This document shows, one piece after another, positions 9,076-16,777 of a stretch of DNA of 32,000 bases. A model generated the notes under the pieces. The model saw only the letters and a list, made by a program, of their open reading frames with translations. It did no database searches and was not told the origin of the DNA. Every line of letters begins with the position of its first letter. Position 1 is the first letter of the stretch. Made by a program: the position numbers and the translations under genes. Source of the stretch: Nitrosopumilus maritimus SCM1 (lineage in GTDB: Archaea; Thermoproteota; Nitrososphaeria; Nitrososphaerales; Nitrosopumilaceae); contig NC_010085.1 in NCBI RefSeq assembly GCF_000018465.1, positions 240,001 through 272,000 of the forward strand, given 5' to 3'.

Positions 9076-10628
9076 TGGAATACGCATTATTACAGGCAGT
9101 TTTCTTGCCACTACTCTTATCTCCAATAGCCTACATCTTGGGAAGAAAAGTAGGACCAACTCCTGCCATGTGGTTCACATTTGCAATATTACTTTACACC
9201 ACAATCCTTGTAGTTAATGCAGCATTATCTGGAACTGTAGAAGAACACTATCCATGGACTGAACAATTTGGTGAATTTGGTTTCTTACTTGATGGTTTGG
9301 CATCTCCATTTGCAATAATCATCTATGTGTTATCCACAATTTTGGTACTTTATTCAAAACCATACATGATTCACAAATTCCATGAACAATTTGAAGAAGA
9401 ACAAAAAATCAATCCTTCTTCAAGTGGACAAAGTTCTGTTGTTGAATCCTCTGCTCTTTCTAATTATGTAAATGCAAAATCTGGTCTTTACTTTGCACTT
9501 TATCTTGTATTTGCAATGGGAATGCTTGGAACTGTCATGTCCACAAACCTGATTGAATTTTACATATTCTTTGAGGTTATGTTGATTCCTGGTTTCTTCT
9601 TAGTTGCTCTTTGGGGTGATGGTCCAAGAAGAAAGATTGGTTTAATGTTCCTCTTTTGGACTCACGCTGGTGCAGTTGTTTTACTATTAGGATTCTTAAT
9701 GATTGGACTGACGATTGGTAGCTTTGATTTTGCTGATATCAAAGAATCTGAAATTCCTCAAGATGTCGTAATGATTTCTGCAATTGCTATTGCGATTGGT
9801 CTTGGAGTAAAACTGGCTGTCTTTATGTTCCATGTTTGGTTACCTTATGTCCACGGTTCAGCACCTACACCAATTAGTGCACTTTTGTCCCCTGCAATGA
9901 TCGGAATTGGTGCATATGGTGTCTTTAGATTAATTGTTGAATTCTTACCGTCCACATTTGCAGAGTTGTCTATTTGGTTCCACATTTGGGGTCTTGTTAC
10001 AATGCTTTATGGTGGTGCAATGGCCTTGATGCAAGATGATCTAAAACGATTACTTGCTTATTCTAGTATCAGTCAGATGGGATACCTGCTATTTGGTATT
10101 GGCTCCATGTCTGCAATGGGTCTTGCAGGTGCTGAGATGATGTACATCACTCACGGACTTGGAAAAGGTATTCTCTTCATGATGGCTGGAATTATAATTG
10201 TCAAAGTCGGTACACGTAGTATCTCTAAACTTGGTGGTCTTGCTGGAAAGATGCCAATTACTGCAGTTTGTGCAGTTATTGGTGCACTTACAATTATGGG
10301 TGTTCCACCAACCAGTGGATTTATGGGAGAATGGATTCTATTTTACGGAGCATTAGAAACTGCTATTGAAGAAGGTTCTACACTTAGAGCAGTAACATTT
10401 GGTCTTGGACTTGTTGCAACTGCACTAACAATGGCTTACATGTTATGGATGCTAAAACGTGTCTTCTTTGGTAAGACACCTGAACATCTAGAGAAAGTCA
10501 AAGAAGGAAGTTGGTATATGACAGCACCAATGATGGTACTAGCTGGATTTACTGTTGTACTTGGAATTTATCCAGATATTTTCTTGAAGACAATCTTACC
10601 TTACATGAACGGAGTGTTGGGAATCTAA
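9075..10628 (+). CDS. nuoM: Complex I proton-pumping subunit M
   Basis: FEVMLIPGFFLVALWG, KLAVFMFHVWLPYVHGSAPTPISALLSPAMIGIGAYG, LLAYSSISQMGYLLFG. Confidence 0.93.
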   Translation: MEYALLQAVFLPLLLSPIAYILGRKVGPTPAMWFTFAILLYTTILVVNAALSGTVEEHYPWTEQFGEFGFLLDGLASPFAIIIYVLSTILVLYSKPYMIHKFHEQFEEEQKINPSSSGQSSVVESSALSNYVNAKSGLYFALYLVFAMGMLGTVMSTNLIEFYIFFEVMLIPGFFLVALWGDGPRRKIGLMFLFWTHAGAVVLLLGFLMIGLTIGSFDFADIKESEIPQDVVMISAIAIAIGLGVKLAVFMFHVWLPYVHGSAPTPISALLSPAMIGIGAYGVFRLIVEFLPSTFAELSIWFHIWGLVTMLYGGAMALMQDDLKRLLAYSSISQMGYLLFGIGSMSAMGLAGAEMMYITHGLGKGILFMMAGIIIVKVGTRSISKLGGLAGKMPITAVCAVIGALTIMGVPPTSGFMGEWILFYGALETAIEEGSTLRAVTFGLGLVATALTMAYMLWMLKRVFFGKTPEHLEKVKEGSWYMTAPMMVLAGFTVVLGIYPDIFLKTILPYMNGVLGI

Positions 10629-10629
10629 T

Positions 10630-12708
10630 ATGGCAACTGAATCTATCGGTTTACCATTTGAAGCAACATCTGCTGCAGCATGGCTAGTTTGGATTCTGCC
10701 ATTTGCTGCCGCACTCATCATGCCTGGTATTGGAAAAATCTCAAAAAGAGCAACAGGTTACGTCGCAGTTGGATTTGCATTAATGAGTGCACTATCAGCT
10801 GCATCTTTGTTACCAGTTGCAATTGAAGCTTCAGAAATTCATCATCAAATTATGTGGATTGAGGCAATTGGTTTGAAAGGTGGTGTATTAGCTGATCCAC
10901 TTTCAGTAATTATGGCAAATGTTGTTGCATGGATTTCATTCCTCATTATGATTTACAGTACAGGTTACATGAAAGGCGATAAAGATATAACAAGATTCTG
11001 GTTCTGGATGATGTTCTTTATTGGTTCAATGCAAATTATTGTGTTATCTGATAACTTACTCCAAGTATTCTTTGGATGGGAGGGTGTAGGTCTTGCATCT
11101 TATGCATTGATCAGCTTTTGGTATCGTGATAAAAAGAAGGATCATGTTGGACAAGAAGGACGTACCGTTCTTGGTTTGTTAGATTATTATGCTCCAACAC
11201 ATGCTGGTATGAAGGCATTCATCATGACCAAAGTCGGTGATGTGATGATGATTGCGGGTATGCTTTTGATATTTTTGTTTGCTGGAACATTTGGTTTCAA
11301 GGAACTGATGGGAGATCATGAATGGGCTATTGCTATGAATGCTCAAGGTATGTTGGTTCCTGCATTTGTGTTGCTATTTGGTGGTGCAATAGGTAAATCT
11401 GCACAATTCCCATTAAACGAATGGCTCTTAGAAGCAATGACTGGTCCAACTGCAGTTTCAGCATTAATTCACGCAGCAACAATGGTTAAAGCTGGTGTAT
11501 TCTTAGTTGCAAGAATTGGACCAATTGTATTTGCACTAGGCGCTGCAGGAATTATGGCAGACCAATTCTTTGAGATTGTTGCATGGGTTGGTGCAATAAC
11601 TGCATTATTACTTGCAACTCAAGGTATGGTTAATCCAGAAATCAAGAAAGTTCTAGCATATTCTACTGGTTCACAAATTGGTTACATGATGATGGCATTA
11701 GGTGTTGCAGGACTGTCTCATCAATATGTTGATGGTTATACTGCAGGATTCTTCCACTTAATTTCTCACGCAATGTTCAAAGCCTCATTATTCATGGCAG
11801 CAGGTTCTCTGTTACACATTGTTGGTTCTCGTTTCATGACAGATATGGGTGGTTTGCGAAAACATATGAAAAAGACGTATGCTTTCATGTGGGCTGCCGG
11901 TCTTGGTTTAATGGGAGCGCCATTTATCACAACAGGTTTCTGGAGTAAAGATGCAATCTTTGCAGCAGTTTATACCTCTGGAAATGAATGGGCATTACCG
12001 CTATTTGCAATTGCAGTGTTAACTGCAATAATTACAGCATTCTATACTACAAGAATGATTGGTATGGTCTTCTTTGGTAACAAGAGCAAACATATCCAAA
12101 AGATGGAAGAAGAAGGACATCACATCCATGAAGCATCATTATCGATGTGGGCTCCATACGGAATTCTTGCAGTTCTAACTATTGGAATTGGATTAATCGG
12201 ATTATCTACAGAACATGGATTGCACCATATGTTTGAGGTATATCTTGAAGATTCATTTGGAATTCACAGTGAACATGCAAAAGCTGAAGCCTCAATATTG
12301 CCAGAATTCTTGAAAGGAATTAATCCAGTAGCACTTGGTGCCTCACTTGTTGCATTTGCAATAGGTATTGGATTAGGTTACATATTCTATATTGGTAGAT
12401 GGGTTGATCCTGTCAAATTTGTAAATTCAAACATTTTCTTTTACGCAATTCACAAAGTTATCTTAAGCAGATGGTATCTCAATGCAATAGTGTATTGGTG
12501 CTTTGTAATAGCCCCATTATGGTTAGCAAGAGGTGTATTCAGATACTTTGAAAAGACAGCTATCGATTACGGTATGAATGACGGATTCCAGAAAGCAACT
12601 GCCTGGGGTGCAAAAGTTGTACAAGGAACTCAGACTGGTGTTTCCCAATCATATCTATTCGTATTTGGAGCAGGATTACTATTCGTGGTTCTGATATTGT
12701 TGATGTAG
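10630..12708 (+). CDS. nuoL: Complex I proton-pumping subunit L
   Basis: FFGWEGVGLASYALISFWY, SAQFPLNEWLLEAMTGPTAVSALIHAATMVKAGVFLVAR, KKVLAYSTGSQIGYMM; 692 aa with C-terminal TM extension. Confidence 0.94.
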   Translation: MATESIGLPFEATSAAAWLVWILPFAAALIMPGIGKISKRATGYVAVGFALMSALSAASLLPVAIEASEIHHQIMWIEAIGLKGGVLADPLSVIMANVVAWISFLIMIYSTGYMKGDKDITRFWFWMMFFIGSMQIIVLSDNLLQVFFGWEGVGLASYALISFWYRDKKKDHVGQEGRTVLGLLDYYAPTHAGMKAFIMTKVGDVMMIAGMLLIFLFAGTFGFKELMGDHEWAIAMNAQGMLVPAFVLLFGGAIGKSAQFPLNEWLLEAMTGPTAVSALIHAATMVKAGVFLVARIGPIVFALGAAGIMADQFFEIVAWVGAITALLLATQGMVNPEIKKVLAYSTGSQIGYMMMALGVAGLSHQYVDGYTAGFFHLISHAMFKASLFMAAGSLLHIVGSRFMTDMGGLRKHMKKTYAFMWAAGLGLMGAPFITTGFWSKDAIFAAVYTSGNEWALPLFAIAVLTAIITAFYTTRMIGMVFFGNKSKHIQKMEEEGHHIHEASLSMWAPYGILAVLTIGIGLIGLSTEHGLHHMFEVYLEDSFGIHSEHAKAEASILPEFLKGINPVALGASLVAFAIGIGLGYIFYIGRWVDPVKFVNSNIFFYAIHKVILSRWYLNAIVYWCFVIAPLWLARGVFRYFEKTAIDYGMNDGFQKATAWGAKVVQGTQTGVSQSYLFVFGAGLLFVVLILLM

Positions 12709-12720
12709 GAGAGATATGAG

Positions 12721-14205
12721 ATGTTAGAAATTACTTCCACACCATTAATACTAATTGCAATTTTAGGAACCGTTGGAGTTATTCTTCCAATTATTAGCAT
12801 TGCAAGAAAAGAAAAAGGCTCTAACTCATTTTATGCTGTAATTGCATTTGCCGCATTAATCGTGTCAATGGCCTATGTTGGCTATGAATTCATTAATGAA
12901 AACGTTGCTGCATCTGCTCTATTTTCTGATGATGTAATTGTAGATGATGCGTTTGGTGGATTCTTTGCAATTGCAATGTTGATTGTTGCATTGTTCACAA
13001 CAGTTGGCTCCTTTAATTATATGAGAAAACACAACTCTCCTGCTGTTTACTATTCACTAATCTTACTTGCAACAATCGGTATGATTCTTGTTGCATATTC
13101 AACTGATTTGGTAATGTTGTTTGTTGCTTGGGAACTCATGAGTATTCCAACATACATTTTGGTTGGATATATGAAAAAGAACCCAAGCTCAAATGAAGCC
13201 GCATTAAAGTACTTCTTGTTTGGCGCACTGTCTTCTGCAATAATCGTTTACGGAATTGCAATATCTTATGGATTAACTGGTTCTACAAATATTGGAGAAG
13301 TTATTGAAGGATACTCAACACTTGATCCATCCCTATTGCCATTAGCATTACTCTCAGTTGGAATGTTTATTGCAGGATTTGGATTCAAGATGGGACTTGT
13401 TCCATTCCATCAATGGCTCCCAGATACCTATGAAGGTGCACCATCTCCAGTTACTGCACTTCTTGCAGCTGCAACCAAAAAAGCAGGATTTGCTGCTGCT
13501 ATCAGAATCATAGTACTTGGAATGATGGCTCTAAATCTTGATTGGACTTTAGCTCTCGGAATTATTGCTGTGATGACTATGACAATCGGTAATGTTGCAG
13601 CAATCATGCAAAAGAATCTCTCAAGAATGTTGGCTTATTCTAGTATTGCACATGCTGGATACATCTTGATTGGATTAGCAGTTGCTCCATACAGCTCTCT
13701 TGGCTTACAAGGTTCCTTGTATCAAATATTCAACCATGCCGTGATGAAAGGTGCTGCCTTTATTGCAATTGCAGGAATTGTAACAACCCTTGCTGTAACT
13801 CATATTGATAAACTCAAAGGACTTGGAAGACGAATGCCTATCACTGCTTTAGGTATGGTGATTTCATTATTTGCTCTTGCAGGCGTTCCTCCACTTTCAG
13901 GATTTTGGAGTAAATTGATGTTGTTTGGAAGTGCATTAGATGCTAGTACTGCATTATGGTGGGCTCCATGGCTTGCAATTGCAGGTGTTCTTAACAGTGC
14001 ATTATCACTTGCTTACTATGGTTGGATTACAAGAAAGATGTACTTTGAAGGAGAAACCGAAAAGAGAGTTTCTGAACCAAAATCAATTGTAGCAGTAATG
14101 ATATTCTCAATCATCTTCTTAGTAGGATTCGGTGTTTATCCAGAACCACTACTCAAATTTGTAGAGTTTGCAACACCAGTCGTTAGTTTAGGACTTATGC
14201 CTTAA
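12721..14205 (+). CDS. nuoN: Complex I proton-pumping subunit N
   Basis: ELMSIPTYILVGYMKKN, LVPFHQWLPDTYEGAPSPVTALLAAATKKAGFA, RMLAYSSIAHAGYILIGLA; last gene of the nuo cluster. Confidence 0.93.
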   Translation: MLEITSTPLILIAILGTVGVILPIISIARKEKGSNSFYAVIAFAALIVSMAYVGYEFINENVAASALFSDDVIVDDAFGGFFAIAMLIVALFTTVGSFNYMRKHNSPAVYYSLILLATIGMILVAYSTDLVMLFVAWELMSIPTYILVGYMKKNPSSNEAALKYFLFGALSSAIIVYGIAISYGLTGSTNIGEVIEGYSTLDPSLLPLALLSVGMFIAGFGFKMGLVPFHQWLPDTYEGAPSPVTALLAAATKKAGFAAAIRIIVLGMMALNLDWTLALGIIAVMTMTIGNVAAIMQKNLSRMLAYSSIAHAGYILIGLAVAPYSSLGLQGSLYQIFNHAVMKGAAFIAIAGIVTTLAVTHIDKLKGLGRRMPITALGMVISLFALAGVPPLSGFWSKLMLFGSALDASTALWWAPWLAIAGVLNSALSLAYYGWITRKMYFEGETEKRVSEPKSIVAVMIFSIIFLVGFGVYPEPLLKFVEFATPVVSLGLMP

Positions 14206-15046
14206 ATGAAGTAAATTTAATTAAATTATCTAAATTTATTTTTGCATCACTATCTGGAATCTTTCTTAAACTTGTTCTTGCTTTTTCAGAATATTCCTTT
14301 AACAACTCTTCCATTTTGTTAAAGACATCTCTTGGGTCTGAACTTTTTTTAATCAATATATTGAACAATTTGTCTTCGTTTTTCCAATCTAACAAATCAT
14401 CTCTAATTTGATAAGCAATTCCAATATTTTTTCCATATTCTGTTAATCCTTCAATTTGTTCTTCTGTTCCGTTTGCAATGATTGCACCTGTTCTAGCTGC
14501 TACTTCAAATGCAGTTGCAGTTTTGTATTCTATAACTTTGAGATAATCATCAAATGTAACATCTTCACTTGTTTCTAACCTGTTTTCAATCATTTCTCCT
14601 TCACTCATTAGCATTGCAGTAGTTGCCAAATCTTTTGTTATTCTAGGATTATCTAATCTAGAACATACTGCTAAAATTAATCCTAAAACAAAATCTCCAG
14701 TAAGCACACTGGTATTATATCCATATTTGATATGGAATGGATCCTTTTGTCTTCTCATTGTTTCATTGTCAATAATATCATCATGGATAATGGATTCCAT
14801 ATGCAAAAATTCAACTGCACATGATGCTGCAAACGTATTATCATCAACCTTCCCGATACTTTCGGCTGATAGTGTGAGGATAATCGGCCTGATTCGTTTT
14901 CCTCCTTCTAGAGAATATTTCAAAGGCTCAATGAACTCTGATTCTGAATACAAATCTAGTTCTTTATCTAGAGCTTGATCAATTTTTTTGATATATTCTC
15001 CATATGTCTCAAGTAAAGGATTAATCTCGATGTTTTTTCTGTCCAA
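14195..15046 (-). CDS. Polyprenyl / geranylgeranyl diphosphate synthase (TTG start)
   Basis: GGKRIRPIILTLSAES, first Asp-rich motif DDIIDNETMRR, GYNTSVLTGDFVLG, second motif DDLLD. Confidence 0.88.
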   Translation of the reverse strand: MDRKNIEINPLLETYGEYIKKIDQALDKELDLYSESEFIEPLKYSLEGGKRIRPIILTLSAESIGKVDDNTFAASCAVEFLHMESIIHDDIIDNETMRRQKDPFHIKYGYNTSVLTGDFVLGLILAVCSRLDNPRITKDLATTAMLMSEGEMIENRLETSEDVTFDDYLKVIEYKTATAFEVAARTGAIIANGTEEQIEGLTEYGKNIGIAYQIRDDLLDWKNEDKLFNILIKKSSDPRDVFNKMEELLKEYSEKARTSLRKIPDSDAKINLDNLIKFTSFKA

Positions 15047-15092
15047 GATGGCCTCTATTGAAAAAATTTTCTCATTGTTAATTAAATCTTGG

Positions 15093-15183
15093 TGCTCCAG
15101 CCGGGATTTTCATCGATTGATTTTGAACCCGGGATCACTGCCTTGAAAGGGCAGTATGCTTGACCGGTCTACACCACTGGAAC
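15093..15183 (-). tRNA. tRNA-Glu(TTC) with 15-nt intron in the T-loop (intron 15107-15121, between canonical positions 59 and 60)
   Basis: Minus-strand fold: acceptor GTTCCAG/CTGGAGC, D-stem GTGT/GCAT, anticodon arm CTGCC-CTTTCAA-GGCAG (anticodon TTC), T-stem CCGGG/CCCGG, A73 followed by encoded CCA (15090-15092). The T-stem strands are separated by 22 nt; removing ATCAATCGATGAAAA leaves a 7-nt loop TTCAAAT. Confidence 0.93.
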
Positions 15184-15246
15184 CCAAGAAAATTCTGTAT
15201 TTTGACCATAAAATCTTTTGTAAACCACAAAGATTTTTTTATTGGC

Positions 15247-15261
15247 AAATTTGGAGTCAAA
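15247..15261 (+). promoter_or_regulatory. Shared 15-nt upstream motif aaatttggagtcaaa, copy 1 (before CADD-like gene)
   Basis: Exact match to 25211-25225; contains dyad TTTG-N4-CAAA; immediately before start codon and after a T-rich TATA-like tract. Confidence 0.35.
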
Positions 15262-15263
15262 CC

Positions 15264-15896
15264 ATGAACATAACTCAAAAAATTGATGAAATGATTGAAG
15301 AAAGAAGTTTACTAAAACATCCATTTTACCAAGCATGGTCTGATGGAAAATTAACAAAAGAATCTCTAGCCGGATATTCTAAAGAATATTTCCAACTAGT
15401 AAAAGAGGTTCCATCTTTTATGGCTCCAATTATTCAACAAGCTCCAGAGTCAGTTGTAAAAGAATTAGTTGAAAATCAACAAGAAGAATCTGATCATATT
15501 AAACCCTGGATTGCTTTTGCAGGCGAACTTGGAATCTCTGAAGAAGAATTACTATCATATTCCGGTTTACCAAAAACAAGAAAAGCTGTATCTGATTTGA
15601 ATGAATTAATGGATACTTTTGAAGGTGGCGCATGTGCAATGTATGCATTTGAAAAAGAAATTCCAAAAATCAGTCAAACAAAACTTGATGGTTTAGCAGA
15701 ATTCTATGGTATGACTAGTGATGAAGCAACAGAATACTTCAAACTACATACAGAAGCTGACATTAGACACGCAGCATCATGGAGAAACATTCTTGAAAAA
15801 TCTTCAACTGATTATGACAAATTAATTGAGATAGCAGAAAAATCTATCTCAGCACAAAATTTGTTATTGGACAGTTGTTTTGAAGAATACTGTTAA
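15264..15896 (+). CDS. CADD/TenA/PqqC-superfamily protein, putative folate (pABA)-related oxygenase-like enzyme
   Basis: LKHPFYQAWSDGKLTKESLAGYSKEYFQLVKEVPSFM, EESDHIKPW, AFEKEIPKISQTKLDGLAEFYG, HTEADIRHA. Start trimmed from 15156 because the upstream part of the ORF lies inside the antisense tRNA-Glu. Confidence 0.8.
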   Translation: MNITQKIDEMIEERSLLKHPFYQAWSDGKLTKESLAGYSKEYFQLVKEVPSFMAPIIQQAPESVVKELVENQQEESDHIKPWIAFAGELGISEEELLSYSGLPKTRKAVSDLNELMDTFEGGACAMYAFEKEIPKISQTKLDGLAEFYGMTSDEATEYFKLHTEADIRHAASWRNILEKSSTDYDKLIEIAEKSISAQNLLLDSCFEEYC

Positions 15897-15937
15897 TCTC
15901 ATAACATTTTATACCTAAGAAAAAATTCATCTGCTTA

Positions 15938-16011
15938 GGGCCCGTAACTCAGCTTGGTAGAGTAACCGGCTCATAACCGGTGAGCCAAGGGATCGAAGCC
16001 CTTCGGGCCCA
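15938..16011 (+). tRNA. tRNA with CAT anticodon, probably elongator tRNA-Met
   Basis: Acceptor GGGCCCG/CGGGCCC, D-stem ACTC/GAGT, anticodon arm ACCGG-CTCATAA-CCGGT, T-arm AAGGG-ATCGAAG-CCCTT, A73. TATA-like TTTTATACC about 30 nt upstream. Confidence 0.93.
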
Positions 16012-16054
16012 TTATTTTCAATTAGTTTTAAAATAAGCAAAATCAAATTTTACT

Positions 16055-16117
16055 GGCTGCAATGAAGAATCAGAGTTATATCTGAATGATGATTGGAAGG
16101 CATTTGTCTGAGCTGCC
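16055..16117 (+). ncRNA. Candidate C/D-box sRNA (2'-O-methylation guide)
   Basis: Near-C box ATGAAGA (16062-16068), D' CTGA (16082-16085), C' ATGATGA (16086-16092), D CTGA (16108-16111), flanking terminal stem GGCTGC(16055-16060)/GCTGCC(16112-16117) with one U-U mismatch, and TTTTAAAATAA TATA-like element about 27 nt upstream. Confidence 0.45.
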
Positions 16118-16121
16118 AAAC

Positions 16122-16727
16122 TTATTTAGCAATTTGATTTTTCACTTTTTCCAAAATCTCGTCATCTACTAGATTCTGTTCATGTAATGCTTCTGTAATT
16201 TGTAAAATATTCAGAATTGAATGCATTTTTACATCTAATTCATTCAAGGCTTCATCTGCTCCCTCCATTCTGTTTACAATCACATAAGCATCTTTTACTG
16301 AAATGTTGACTTCTTTTAATGACTTGATTGCATTCACAACAGAACCTCCTGTTGTTGCAACATCATCTATCATAACTACTTGCATTCCATCATGAATTTT
16401 ACCTTCAACTGATTTTGAAGTTCCATAATCTTTTGGTTTACTTCTAACATAGATCAATGGTTTTACTGTTTCAATTGCCAGTGCTGATGCAATAACCAAA
16501 CCTCCTGTAGGTACTGAAACTATTGAATCAAACTTGTCTAATCCTATATTTTGCGCAATCTCATTTTCTAGATATTTGACCATTTTCCTAAATTCTTGAG
16601 GATAACTTGGAACTAGTCTTAGATCTACATAGTATGAACTCTTTTTTCCACTGGCTAGTGTAAAATCTCCAAATTTTATGATGCCCTTTTGATGCAAAAA
16701 GGTTGCAAACTCTTTTACAAATTCCAT
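16122..16727 (-). CDS. pyrE: Orotate phosphoribosyltransferase
   Basis: FTLASGKKSSYYVDLR, FDSIVSVPTGGLVIASALA, VVMIDDVATTGGSVVNAI (PRPP-binding motif). Confidence 0.93.
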   Translation of the reverse strand: MEFVKEFATFLHQKGIIKFGDFTLASGKKSSYYVDLRLVPSYPQEFRKMVKYLENEIAQNIGLDKFDSIVSVPTGGLVIASALAIETVKPLIYVRSKPKDYGTSKSVEGKIHDGMQVVMIDDVATTGGSVVNAIKSLKEVNISVKDAYVIVNRMEGADEALNELDVKMHSILNILQITEALHEQNLVDDEILEKVKNQIAK

Positions 16728-16777
16728 ACCAAAATTAACTACACTGGATTTATTTTGGTTTGTATTATGAATGAATT

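Noticed and set aside
15156-15263. N-terminal extension of the CADD-like ORF (MLDRSTPLEPKK...)
   Set aside because: The extension begins inside the antisense tRNA-Glu; ATG 15264 matches the family N-terminus and promoter spacing.
15169-15357. 62-aa minus-strand ORF over the CADD-like gene start
   Set aside because: Antisense to a well-supported gene start and overlaps the tRNA; no recognisable domain.
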